A DNA stretch of 57,843 nucleotides from an uncultured Fibrobacteraceae bacterium (GTDB taxonomy: Bacteria > Krumholzibacteriota > Krumholzibacteriia > LZORAL124-64-63), in NCBI GenBank assembly GCA_964414055.1, contig CAYPVD010000002.1, positions 1 to 57,843 of the forward strand, written 5' to 3'. The notes under the pieces were generated by a model. That model had not been told where the DNA came from, made no database searches, and saw nothing but the letters and a program-made list of their open reading frames with translations. Below, piece by piece: positions 8,586 to 17,779 of the stretch; position 1 is the first letter of the stretch; the number at the start of each line of letters is the position of its first letter. Position numbers and translations under genes: made by a program.

Positions 8586-10078
8586 ACGGCACACCGGAAA
8601 GTCCCGTCATCTGGTCGACCGGTTTGCCCGGCGAGTTGCCGCCCGCCGGCGTCGGGGAGGATTTCTGGGCCGTGGCCGGCTCCTTCGTCCGTGGCCTGGA
8701 AATCGAGGCCGGTGACCTGGGACTCGACCTGGATGCGTCGTCCGACAGACCCCGCGTCTGGTTGCTGTTGAACCGTCTTGGCGGCGAGGAAACGGGGGCG
8801 GTGGCCGGCTTGGAGCTGACCGGATTCCTCGCGGGTCTGGGCCGAAGAACGCTGCTGATCGACGCCGACGAGTCCGAACGGGTCTTGACCGGCCGCAGCG
8901 GCAGGACGTTCAAATCCGGCTGGCTGGACATGGCCCGTTACGGCACCTCCCTGGCTGCCGCGGCGGTGACGGTGGACTGGGAGGGGCGTCAAGGGTATTT
9001 CCTGGGCCTGGGCAGCTACTGTCCGCCGGAGATCACAGGCGAGGAGATCCAGGGGCTGGTCTCCCGTCTGAAGAGCCAGGTCGATGACGTTATCGTCGTC
9101 TGCGGGATGGGCGCCGCAGCGGAACCCTGGGCCGCCGTGGCTGATAACTGCTGGTACTGCTGGAACCGCACCACCGATGTGCCCCAGGTCCTGCAGGCCG
9201 CTCTGGCCGATCTGCGGGAAAAGGGCCTGGAGTGCCGGGGCGTGCTGGCTTTCGGCCGGGAACCGGTTCCTGAATTTTCACCGGATCCAGAGACGGCCGC
9301 CCCCGACCTGGAGAATGGGGGTCCTGCGGTTCCTGCCTCACGGGTCCGGGAGCCGGTGGATTCTCCGGTCGCCCCCTTGCCTGCGGCCGCGGCGCCGTCG
9401 GGAACGGACGGAAGTTCCCACTCCTCGGGCATCTTCAGGGTGGTGGCCTTGACGGGGCTGTTCGTGGTGGTCGTGCTGGCTGTTTTCATCTGGAAGTTCA
9501 CGGATCTCGGGCGACCGGCAGCCGAGTTTTCCGTTCCGCTCCGGGCGACCGGAAACGGGAGCGTCGTGCCGGTGAGCAACGATTCGGCCGGACAGGCGGA
9601 AACACGACTCGACTCGGTCGTCGTGGCCCGACCCGATTCCACCGCCGTGGTCGCCTCAGACACCATTGCCGGCCCCGCTGCCGACGTGGCGGTGCCCGAC
9701 ACCGTGACCGCAGCGTCCGATTCCCTGCCGGCTGTAGGTGAAGCGGAACGTCCGGAGAGCCGGAAGGCTCAGGAGGACGACTGGGACGCCGTGGCAGCCG
9801 CCTTCGAAGGTCCCGTGGGAAGGGACGGCTGGTGCCTGCACGTCTATTCCCTGCGCGACAGCACGGCGGCGTGGCGCGAGATCAGGATGATCGAGGCCCG
9901 GGGGGTCCGGGCCGTGGGGGCGCCGGTAGTGCTGCCCGACTCCACCCTCTGGTATCGTGTCTACGTGGGGAGCTTCGCGTCCCGTCAGGAAGCGCGGGCT
10001 GCGGAGCCGGCCTTGAAGAAAAAATTGCGGACCGACTGGGCGCGACCCACGATGTTGCCCCGTTCCGCCCGGGACTGA
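8582..10078 (+). CDS. bitopic protein: degenerate MinD/ParA-like P-loop domain, TM helix, low-complexity linker, C-terminal SPOR domain
   Basis: ATG 8582 overlaps the selA stop (ATGA). RVWLLLNRLGGEETGAVAGLELTGFLAGLGRRTLLIDAD aligns without gaps to the MinD N-terminus (RIIVVTSGKGGVGKTT...VVIDFD), but both Walker A lysines are replaced. TM helix IFRVVALTGLFVVVVLAVFIW. C-terminus WCLHVYSLRDSTAAWREI...LWYRVYVGSFASRQEARAA is SPOR-like. Confidence 0.65.
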   Translation: MNGTPESPVIWSTGLPGELPPAGVGEDFWAVAGSFVRGLEIEAGDLGLDLDASSDRPRVWLLLNRLGGEETGAVAGLELTGFLAGLGRRTLLIDADESERVLTGRSGRTFKSGWLDMARYGTSLAAAAVTVDWEGRQGYFLGLGSYCPPEITGEEIQGLVSRLKSQVDDVIVVCGMGAAAEPWAAVADNCWYCWNRTTDVPQVLQAALADLREKGLECRGVLAFGREPVPEFSPDPETAAPDLENGGPAVPASRVREPVDSPVAPLPAAAAPSGTDGSSHSSGIFRVVALTGLFVVVVLAVFIWKFTDLGRPAAEFSVPLRATGNGSVVPVSNDSAGQAETRLDSVVVARPDSTAVVASDTIAGPAADVAVPDTVTAASDSLPAVGEAERPESRKAQEDDWDAVAAAFEGPVGRDGWCLHVYSLRDSTAAWREIRMIEARGVRAVGAPVVLPDSTLWYRVYVGSFASRQEARAAEPALKKKLRTDWARPTMLPRSARD

Positions 10079-10134
10079 TGTCCGGTTCCGGCAACCATGC
10101 AAGTTCAACGTAAGATCCAGCGGAAGGTTCAGGC

Positions 10135-13100
10135 GTGAAACTCAAATCCATCGAACTGCAGGGATTCAAGTCCTTCGTCGATCGCACCCGCTTGGAATTC
10201 GATGAGGGGATCACGGCGATTCTCGGCCCCAACGGCTGCGGCAAGTCCAACGTCGTGGATGCCGTGCGCTGGGTGCTGGGCGAGCAGTCGGCCAAGCAGC
10301 TGCGCGGCGGGAAGATGGACGACGTGATCTTCAAGGGCACCACCAAGCGCCGCCCCGTGGGCATGTCCGAGGTGACCCTGGTGTTCGACAACGAAGACCA
10401 CGGCCTGCCCATCGAGTTCACGGAGGTGGCCATCAAACGGCGGGTCACCCGGGACGGGGGCAGCGACTATTTCCTCAACGGCCAGCCTTGCCGGCTGAAG
10501 GACCTGCGCGACCTGTTCTACGACAGCGGCGTCAACAACACATCGTATTCGATCATCGAGGAGTCGATGATCAAGCAGGTTCTCAACGAGAACAACGACG
10601 AGCTGTTGAACCTGCTGGAGCAGGGCTCGGGCATCACCAAGTACAAGGCGAGGCGGAAGGAGACCCAGCGCAAGCTCGACCGCACCCAGGCGGACCTGGT
10701 GCGCCTGTACGACATCATTGAGGAGATCGGCCGCGAAGTGCGCTCCCTGCAGCGCCAGGTGGGCAAGGCCAGGCGGCACCAGAGGCTCTTCAAGGAGATC
10801 AGGGCCCTGGATCTGCTGGTGGCCGGACGACGGCACAAGGAACTGGACCGCCAGGAGGAGGAGGCCCGGCGCCGGCTGCAGGAATTCCGTACCCAGGCCG
10901 AAGCGGGCGTGGGCGAGCTGTCCCGGCTCCAGGCCGATATCGAGGCCGCGCGGCCGAAGATCGACGAACGGGAGGCGGAGCGCAGGCAGCTGGAGGAATC
11001 GCTCCAGGCCTTCGAGGAGGAGCTGCAGGAACACGAACGGCAAGTCCTGCTTCTCCAGCACCGGATCGGCGAGCATGAGCGACGCATCGAGGACAACACC
11101 CTGGGCATCCAGGAGGCGACCGACCGGCAGAAGGAGATCGAGAGCCGCATCACGGGCATGACTGCGGGACTGGAGGAACTGGCCGGGCAGATCGAAGAGA
11201 CCGCGGGCACCCTGGCTGCGATGAACGAGCAGCTGGAGCTGGTGGACGGGAAGCTGGCAGCGGACAGGACGGCCCTGGAAGAGGCTTCCCGCCTGAATCT
11301 CGAATACATCGAGCAGGACGCCGCCCAGCGCAGCCGCCTGCGCGAGCTGCAGGTCAAGCGGGAAAACCGCCAGGAACGCATCGCGATCCTGACCGAGGAC
11401 CGCAAGCGGATCCTCGCGTCGGCCGAAGATGCCGACCGGAACCTGGTCGAGCTGAAGGACAAGCAGGAGGAGAGTCGCAACCTGCGCGGACGGTTGCTGT
11501 CGGAGCTGGCTGAGCTGGAGAAGGCCGAGCATGACCTGGAGGATCGCAGTGCGGTTCTGCAGGAGGAGACGTCCGCCCTGGCGGCCCGTCGGGAGGCTGC
11601 CCACTCCACCCTCGAGCTCCTGCAGAAGCTCCAGGACGACTACGAGGGCTACGGCCAGGGGGCGCGGGAGATTCTGCGACGCCATGGCGGAGATCCGGGG
11701 ATCAAGGGTGGTCTGGCGGACATGCTCCGGGTCGCTCCCGAGGATGCTCCCGCCCTGGAGGCCTTGCTGTCCGGGCTGCTGGATGCCGTGGTGGTGCAGG
11801 ATCCGGAACAGGCCCTGGGATTGACGGCCGAGCTGGATGCCCATGATTTCGGCCGGGCCAACATGCTGTGCGGTGATGGTTTCCAGGCCGGCAAGGCCAT
11901 GGATGAGGCGCTGCCCGAAGGCGGTCGGCTGGCTGCCGAGGTAATCACCGGCCCGGGGACCGAGATTCCCTATCTGCGGGGGCTGTTGGCCCGTACCCTC
12001 ATCTTCGCTGATCGTGGGCAGGCCCTGACGGCGGCCCGCAGCTGGGGCGGGACCGGGCAGCTCGTGTGTGTCAGCCGGGACGGCCTGCTGGCCACCAGCG
12101 ACGGCCGGCTCAGCGGAGGCAGGGGGGAGGCCCAGGAGACCGGGCTGCTCGGACGCCGTGAGAAGCTGGATGAGCTGCGGGCGGAGGTCGAGCGGCTGGA
12201 CGGTCGCCTGGAGGATCTGAGGGACAAGGCGGCCCGCAACAAGGCCGACCGGGAAGATCTGCGCGAGAAGCTGATCGCCGGCCGGAGCAGGCTCGCGGAG
12301 CTGGACGAGGAAGCCCACGCCCTGCAGGTCCAACTGGCGGAACTGGTCCACACGCGGGACGCCGCCCGGCAGCGGGCCAGCGAAATGTCCGTGGAGCAGG
12401 AGCGCCTGGCGGTCGAGGTCGCCGAGCTGGCCGCCCAGGAGGAGCAGCTCACCGATCTGCTCGACGAGAGCGGGCGTTTGCGCGAGACCAGCACCGTCGA
12501 CCGGAATACCCTGCGCCAGAGGGTGCAGGCCGCGGAGGAGCAGCGGGACGAGATCCGGCAGCAGGTCGAGGAATTGCGCCTGACCCACCAGCGGCTCCTG
12601 AGCCGCCGGCGGGAGACCGAATCGACCCTGGAACACCTGCGCCAGGGCGTCGCCGAGCAGTTCTCGCGCCGGGAACGACTGGCCCAGGAGACGGAGGTGA
12701 GCCGGGAGACCCTGCAGGCCCTGCAGGAGGATCTCGAGACCAAGCAGGAGATCCTCGCCAAGGGCATGGATGAGCGTCAGAGGAGGCGCCAGGTCGTCCA
12801 GGCCGCGGCCGAAGGCATCAAGGCCCTGCACGCCGAGACCGAGGGCTGGCACCAGCGCGTGCAGGTCATCGAGAAGCAGCGGGGAGGGTTCCGGGACCAG
12901 GCCCACGAGATCGAGACCCTGCTGGCGACCCTGGACATCAAGCGCAACAACCTCGAGGAGCGCATCGAACAGCAGTACGAGGGTAATTTCCGGGATCTCC
13001 TGGACGGCCTCGACGAGGAGGATCTGCCGCGGGAACTCGAGCGCGACGAAGGGACCTTCCAGCTCGATCAGGCCGAAGCCCTGCTGGCGCAGAAGAAGAG

Positions 13101-13911
13101 CAAGCTGGCCGGTCTGGGTCCCATCAACCACCTGGCCCTAGAGGAGTTCGACGAGAAGAAGGAGCGTCTGACCTTCCTGGAGAACCAGCGCGACGACGTT
13201 GAACGCGCGCGGGACGACCTGCAGAAGGCCATCAACGAGATCAACCGCACCGCCCGCAAGAGGTTCCTCGAGACCTTCGAGGAGGTGCGGCGCAACTACA
13301 TCGCGGTCTTTCAGACCCTGTTCAAGGGGGGGCGTGCGGATCTGCAGCTTATCCGCACGGACGACCCGCTGGAGAGCCAGATCCACGTCACGGCCCAGCC
13401 CACGGGCAAGGTGGTCGATACGGTGGCGCTGCTGTCCGGCGGCGAGCGTTGCCTGACGGCCCTGTCGTTGCTGTTCGCCGTCTACCTGGTCAAACCATCG
13501 CCCTTCTGCATCCTGGATGAGGCGGACGCGCCCCTTGACGACACGAACATCGGACGCTTCGTCAACATGCTGCGGGAGTTCAGCAAGACCACCCAGTTCC
13601 TGGTGATCACCCACAACAAGCTGACCATGGAAACCGCCAACCACCTCTACGGGGTGACCATGATGGAGCCCGGGGTTTCCAGCATCGTCTCTGTGAGTTT
13701 TCACGACGTGGCCCAGACGCGCGGTGACCAGGATCTGGGTGACGCCATCGCCAATCGTCGCCGCCGGCTGGATGAAAAGGCGGGTCCGGTGGACGCCGTG
13801 CTGGCGGACGAGGAGATCCAGGAGCCCGATGAAGGCCCGGAGACCGGGGATCACGAGGCGGCCCAGCCGTCCGCTGACGACGACAGCCGGACCCTGGAGG
13901 CCAGCGAATGA
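10135..13911 (+). CDS. smc: chromosome segregation protein SMC
   Basis: GTG start with GGAAGG upstream. N-terminus MKLKSIELQGFKSFVDRTRLEFDEGITAILGPNGCGKSNVVDAVRWVLGEQS. Long coiled coils, a hinge, and C-terminal LSGGERCLTALSLLFA...PFCILDEADAPLD. Confidence 0.95.
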   Translation: MKLKSIELQGFKSFVDRTRLEFDEGITAILGPNGCGKSNVVDAVRWVLGEQSAKQLRGGKMDDVIFKGTTKRRPVGMSEVTLVFDNEDHGLPIEFTEVAIKRRVTRDGGSDYFLNGQPCRLKDLRDLFYDSGVNNTSYSIIEESMIKQVLNENNDELLNLLEQGSGITKYKARRKETQRKLDRTQADLVRLYDIIEEIGREVRSLQRQVGKARRHQRLFKEIRALDLLVAGRRHKELDRQEEEARRRLQEFRTQAEAGVGELSRLQADIEAARPKIDEREAERRQLEESLQAFEEELQEHERQVLLLQHRIGEHERRIEDNTLGIQEATDRQKEIESRITGMTAGLEELAGQIEETAGTLAAMNEQLELVDGKLAADRTALEEASRLNLEYIEQDAAQRSRLRELQVKRENRQERIAILTEDRKRILASAEDADRNLVELKDKQEESRNLRGRLLSELAELEKAEHDLEDRSAVLQEETSALAARREAAHSTLELLQKLQDDYEGYGQGAREILRRHGGDPGIKGGLADMLRVAPEDAPALEALLSGLLDAVVVQDPEQALGLTAELDAHDFGRANMLCGDGFQAGKAMDEALPEGGRLAAEVITGPGTEIPYLRGLLARTLIFADRGQALTAARSWGGTGQLVCVSRDGLLATSDGRLSGGRGEAQETGLLGRREKLDELRAEVERLDGRLEDLRDKAARNKADREDLREKLIAGRSRLAELDEEAHALQVQLAELVHTRDAARQRASEMSVEQERLAVEVAELAAQEEQLTDLLDESGRLRETSTVDRNTLRQRVQAAEEQRDEIRQQVEELRLTHQRLLSRRRETESTLEHLRQGVAEQFSRRERLAQETEVSRETLQALQEDLETKQEILAKGMDERQRRRQVVQAAAEGIKALHAETEGWHQRVQVIEKQRGGFRDQAHEIETLLATLDIKRNNLEERIEQQYEGNFRDLLDGLDEEDLPRELERDEGTFQLDQAEALLAQKKSKLAGLGPINHLALEEFDEKKERLTFLENQRDDVERARDDLQKAINEINRTARKRFLETFEEVRRNYIAVFQTLFKGGRADLQLIRTDDPLESQIHVTAQPTGKVVDTVALLSGGERCLTALSLLFAVYLVKPSPFCILDEADAPLDDTNIGRFVNMLREFSKTTQFLVITHNKLTMETANHLYGVTMMEPGVSSIVSVSFHDVAQTRGDQDLGDAIANRRRRLDEKAGPVDAVLADEEIQEPDEGPETGDHEAAQPSADDDSRTLEASE

Positions 13912-14951
13912 TCAAAGGGGCCTTCAACCGTTTCCGCCAGGGGCTGCGCAAGACCCGCGAGGGGTTCGTGGGGCGGATGCAGAACCTCTTCGGCGGCAGG
14001 ATCCGCCTGGACGAGGACACGCTGGACCAGATCGAGGAGCTGCTGATCTCCGCGGACATGGGTGTGCAGTCGGCGGTGGCGATCACGCGCAACATCGAGA
14101 AAAGGCTGAAGGAGGAAGGCGGCGAGGCCACCCTGGATTCGGTGCTCGAGGTCATCGGCAAGGACGTGCGCCGCATCCTGACCACCGCTCAGCCCAAGCT
14201 CAAGCCCGTGAGCTGGGACCAGCAGGACAAGCCGGGCGGCGGCAAGAAGCACAAGAAGCGGAAGGAAGCCGACCCGGTTCCCGAGGCGGCCGTTGCCGGG
14301 TCCCTGCAGGTCATCTTCGTGGTCGGTGTCAACGGCACCGGCAAGACCACCTCCATCGCCAAACTGGCGCACATGCTGAAGGCCGAGGGCAGGCAGGTGA
14401 TGCTGGCCGCGGGCGACACGTTCCGGGCCGCGGCGGTGGAGCAGCTCCGGATCTGGGCCGAGCGCGTCGGCGTGGACTGCATTTCCCAGGGCCAGGGCGC
14501 CGATCCGGCAGCTGTGGTCTTCGACGCCCTGAGCGCCGCAGAGGCCCGCGGCTGCGACGTGCTGATCGTCGATACGGCGGGCCGCCTGCATACCAAGACC
14601 AGCCTGATGGACGAGCTGGGCAAGGTGGCGCGAGTCATCCGCAAACGCACAGGCCGCGATCCCGAAACACTGCTGGTCGTGGACGGCAACACGGGCCAGA
14701 ACGGCCTGAGCCAGGCCCGGGTTTTCGCCGAGACCATTCCCGTTCAGGGGCTGGTGCTGACCAAGCTGGACGGTACGGCCAAGGGGGGTATCGTGGTGGC
14801 CATCGCCGAGACCCTCGGTTTGCCCGTACGCTACGTGGGCATGGGCGAGAAGGTGGAGGATTTCGCGGTGTTCGACCCCGACCAGTTCACCGACGCCCTG
14901 TTCGCCGACTGGACGAGTGAGGATCAGGAAAACCCGGGGGAAGCCCGATGA
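13908..14951 (+). CDS. ftsY: signal recognition particle receptor FtsY
   Basis: ATGA overlap with smc. Motifs VGVNGTGKTTSIAKLA, AAGDTFRAAAVEQL, DTAGRLH, TKLDGTAKGG. Confidence 0.95.
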   Translation: MIKGAFNRFRQGLRKTREGFVGRMQNLFGGRIRLDEDTLDQIEELLISADMGVQSAVAITRNIEKRLKEEGGEATLDSVLEVIGKDVRRILTTAQPKLKPVSWDQQDKPGGGKKHKKRKEADPVPEAAVAGSLQVIFVVGVNGTGKTTSIAKLAHMLKAEGRQVMLAAGDTFRAAAVEQLRIWAERVGVDCISQGQGADPAAVVFDALSAAEARGCDVLIVDTAGRLHTKTSLMDELGKVARVIRKRTGRDPETLLVVDGNTGQNGLSQARVFAETIPVQGLVLTKLDGTAKGGIVVAIAETLGLPVRYVGMGEKVEDFAVFDPDQFTDALFADWTSEDQENPGEAR

Positions 14952-14966
14952 CGCGGGGAACGAGGC

Positions 14967-16280
14967 GTGGCGCGGTTTCCTAGACGCAAGCGGTCACCCG
15001 CACAGCGGATCGAGGCGCTGCTGGATCAGGTCAGCGGCAGGTCCGGTGCCGGCCGCGGCCGGCACGGCCGGGATGAGAAGAGCCGCTACGGCGGGGCGCG
15101 CACCATGGATATCCGGCGCGACGCCGAACTGTTCAACAGGCTCGTGCAGCTGGATTTCGACTACCTCATGCAGCAGAGATTCATGGCCGGGTCCCGAACC
15201 CTGGCCGATCTGTTGCCCCAGTCGGTACTGGGGCGGGCCCAGAACGGCCACGGCTGGTTCACCGACGAATGGGGGGTGGCGCTCCAGTTTCCAGACGCCA
15301 CCTTCGACAGGGTGCTGAGTGTCCTGGAAATCGGCGATCCCCGTCTCAAGGGGTACCTGGTGCGCCAGCGACGCGGCGACATGCTCAACCGTTTCAAGGC
15401 CTGGATCCTGGCCAACCTGTGGCAACCGGAACTGGAACTGGTCCTCGACGGGGCGCCGGTATTCGGGGTGGAGTTCCTGGCCGACCGTACGGTCGATACC
15501 CGCACCTTCCTGACGGGCATGGTCATGGCCGGATTCATGGATGACTGGACCTACCGCGAGACGGCCATGATGCACCGCAAGAAGACCTTCGGCGGCTATC
15601 CCTTCCATATCGGCGGCGGCGAGATCCTCATTGTCGACCGGGAAAAGTTCAAGCTCTGCGGCCTGGGGGATACGGGTCAGACGGTGTTCAGCGACGACCA
15701 GTTGCGGGATCTGCGGGACGCCGGGGTCATCATCCGCAACCGTGAGATCGCCTGCCGCTTCCCCGACAACGACCAGGTGTATTTCCGGCGTTGTGCGGGA
15801 GACGGTGTCAGCGACGACATGGCCATGCTGTACATCGGCGCCCGCCACGGTTTCGACGCCATGCTGGGCGCCTTCGTCATGGACGCCATCGATACCTACG
15901 ACAAGTACGTGATCGACCTGACCTGGGGCGGTGTGGACACGGATCTCGCCCGCACCATCCAGAATCGGTTCCTGGACCGTGAGGACGAGGCCCTGGTGGA
16001 TGACCGTGCCATCCTGGACCTTATCCACTTCGCCGCCAAGCGCAACGACCCCGCCGTGAATCTCAGTTCATCCCATCGGCGCTTCATCCAGCTGGAATGG
16101 CCGGCCAACATCCCGACCCTGTTGAACCACTGGCGTTTCCTGCAGGGCGAGCCCGTGTTCGACATCAAGCTCGGCTACAGCAGGGTGCCGGCCAAGCAGT
16201 TCTACGGCCTCGCCCGTCAACGTCTTGCCGCCTCGGGCATTCCCGTCAAGGAGCCCGAGTTCCTGGCGCCCAAGCGCTGA
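14967..16280 (+). CDS. hypothetical protein, no family recognised
   Basis: 437-aa ORF (GTG 14967; alternative ATG 15105, MDIRRD). No TM or signal peptide seen. Amino-acid composition looks like a real soluble protein, and it is the only plausible reading of this interval. Confidence 0.6.
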   Translation: MARFPRRKRSPAQRIEALLDQVSGRSGAGRGRHGRDEKSRYGGARTMDIRRDAELFNRLVQLDFDYLMQQRFMAGSRTLADLLPQSVLGRAQNGHGWFTDEWGVALQFPDATFDRVLSVLEIGDPRLKGYLVRQRRGDMLNRFKAWILANLWQPELELVLDGAPVFGVEFLADRTVDTRTFLTGMVMAGFMDDWTYRETAMMHRKKTFGGYPFHIGGGEILIVDREKFKLCGLGDTGQTVFSDDQLRDLRDAGVIIRNREIACRFPDNDQVYFRRCAGDGVSDDMAMLYIGARHGFDAMLGAFVMDAIDTYDKYVIDLTWGGVDTDLARTIQNRFLDREDEALVDDRAILDLIHFAAKRNDPAVNLSSSHRRFIQLEWPANIPTLLNHWRFLQGEPVFDIKLGYSRVPAKQFYGLARQRLAASGIPVKEPEFLAPKR

Positions 16281-16307
16281 GTTTCCGCCTTGGATCGGCG
16301 GTTGACC

Positions 16308-16336
16308 TTGACGCTCGAGCCTGGTGCCCGTATCAT
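16308..16336 (+). promoter_or_regulatory. sigma70-type promoter of the rib operon (TTGACG-N17-TATCAT)
   Basis: Near-consensus hexamers with a 17-nt spacer, read directly, about 45 nt upstream of the FMN aptamer. Confidence 0.55.
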
Positions 16337-16382
16337 TGATTGCAACAATACCATAGGGCCCGTCAAGACCCGGGCCCGAGCC

Positions 16383-16518
16383 TTCAACTTCAGGGCGGGG
16401 TGGAAGTCCCCACCGGCGGTAACAGCCCGCGAGCTTGTGTCCAAGGCCTTTGGCCGCACATGCTGATCCGGTGTGATTCCGGAGCCGACAGTGAGAGTCT
16501 GGATGGGAGAAGTTGGCG
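16383..16518 (+). promoter_or_regulatory. FMN riboswitch (RFN element)
   Basis: Matches the conserved RFN core: CUUCAGGGCGGGGUGGAAGUCCCCACCGGCGGUAACAGCCCGCGAGC ... GAUCCGGUGUGAUUCCGGAGCCGACAGUGAGAGUCUGGAUGGGAGAAG. P1 pairs CAACUUC (16385-16391) with GAAGUUG (16509-16515). Lies directly upstream of ribD. Confidence 0.92.
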
Positions 16519-16528
16519 GACGACTCAT

Positions 16529-16568
16529 GGCGGCGCAGGCCTGCGCGTGCCTTGTTTTCCCCTTTTCT
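16529..16568 (+). terminator. riboswitch expression-platform terminator
   Basis: GC-rich hairpin around the palindrome GCGCAGGCCTGCGC, extendable with one bulge (GGCG.../...GCC), followed by TTGTTTTCCCCTTTTCTCC. Confidence 0.6.
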
Positions 16569-16588
16569 CCGTCGATAATGCCCTGTGG

Positions 16589-17752
16589 ATGTTCATGAAT
16601 GTCGAGCATGCACACGCTCCTGATCCCGTGCGTGAACAGGATGCCCGGTACATGTCCATGGCCCTCGACCAGGCATGCGCCATCACTGCGCGCCCCTGGC
16701 CCAACCCCCCGGTGGGGGCGGTCGTGGTCCGCGACGGCAATGTCGTGGGCCTGGGCGCCCATGAGGGCCCCGGCACACCCCATGCCGAGCGGGTCGCCCT
16801 GGCCAAGGCGGGTTCCGCCGCCAGGGGTGCGACCCTTTACGTGACCCTCGAACCCTGCAACCACACGGGCCGCACGCCTCCCTGTGCGCCCTTGATCGCG
16901 GAGGCAGGGGTGCGTCGTGTGGTCTTCGCCATGCGGGATCCCAATCCGACGGTCACCGGCGGAGGGGGGCGGTTCCTGCGCGAGCGCGGCCTCGAAGTCG
17001 TGTGCGGCGTCAAGGCCCGGGAAGCCCTGGAACTCGTCTGGCCCTTCGTGGTCACGGGGAATTTCCGGCGTCCGTTCATCGAACTGAAAACCGCGCAGAG
17101 CATGGACGGCCTCTTCGCTCCCGATCCGGAGCGCAGGGAACCCATGACGCCCGCCTACCTCACCGGAACCCTGTCGCGCCAGCAGGTGCATCGCCGCCGC
17201 TGCTGGATGGATGCCGTGCTGGTGGGGGAGGGGACGGCCCGGGCCGACAGGCCGCGCCTGGATTCCCGCCTGGCCAAGTCGCCGGTCGACGGGCCGCGCA
17301 CTTCTCCCAGGCCGGGTTACATCGACACGGATCTGAGTTTCACAGACGGGCTGACAGCCGCCTCCTTCCTCGTGATCGCCGGGAGGAACTCGGCGGCTGC
17401 GGAGAAGGTCGAGGCCCTGCGCAACAGGGGAGCGAAGGTCCTGCTGGCGGAGGAGAAGGACGGGCATGTCGATCCCGCCGCCGCCGTGTCCGCCCTCCAC
17501 GAGGCCGGTATTCATGTGGCCATGGTAGAGGGTGGTCCCCGGCTGGCCCGCTCCTTTCTGGCGGCGGGCATGGTGGATCGCTGGTCCATGTTCGTGGCGC
17601 CCGTTTTCCTGGGCAGCGGCGTATCCTGGCCCGATGTTCCGGTGGCCGGCCGGAGCTTCACCCTGACTCGGGTGGAGAGATACGGTCAGGATACTCTGAG
17701 CGTCTTCGATCGGCAGAGTTTCCTCGATGTGTTGCTGAAGGTCATGGTGTGA
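16589..17752 (+). CDS. ribD: bifunctional diaminohydroxyphosphoribosylaminopyrimidine deaminase / 5-amino-6-(5-phosphoribosylamino)uracil reductase
   Basis: Track ORF 16340..17752 trimmed to ATG 16589, because the upstream part is the riboswitch. Motifs YMSMALDQA, PNPPVGAVVV, HAERVAL, TLEPCNHTGRTPPC, and the reductase half GGPRLARSFL. Confidence 0.9.
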   Translation: MFMNVEHAHAPDPVREQDARYMSMALDQACAITARPWPNPPVGAVVVRDGNVVGLGAHEGPGTPHAERVALAKAGSAARGATLYVTLEPCNHTGRTPPCAPLIAEAGVRRVVFAMRDPNPTVTGGGGRFLRERGLEVVCGVKAREALELVWPFVVTGNFRRPFIELKTAQSMDGLFAPDPERREPMTPAYLTGTLSRQQVHRRRCWMDAVLVGEGTARADRPRLDSRLAKSPVDGPRTSPRPGYIDTDLSFTDGLTAASFLVIAGRNSAAAEKVEALRNRGAKVLLAEEKDGHVDPAAAVSALHEAGIHVAMVEGGPRLARSFLAAGMVDRWSMFVAPVFLGSGVSWPDVPVAGRSFTLTRVERYGQDTLSVFDRQSFLDVLLKVMV

Positions 17753-17779
17753 AAACCGGCCGACTTGGGAGGTGACGAG

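Noticed and set aside
10129-13131. 1000-aa minus-strand ORF antisense to smc
   Set aside because: It mirrors the coiled-coil codons of smc (GAG/CTC, CAG/CTG). The product is a low-complexity L/Q/G/P-rich string with no motifs. smc on the + strand is unambiguous. This is a typical high-GC shadow ORF.
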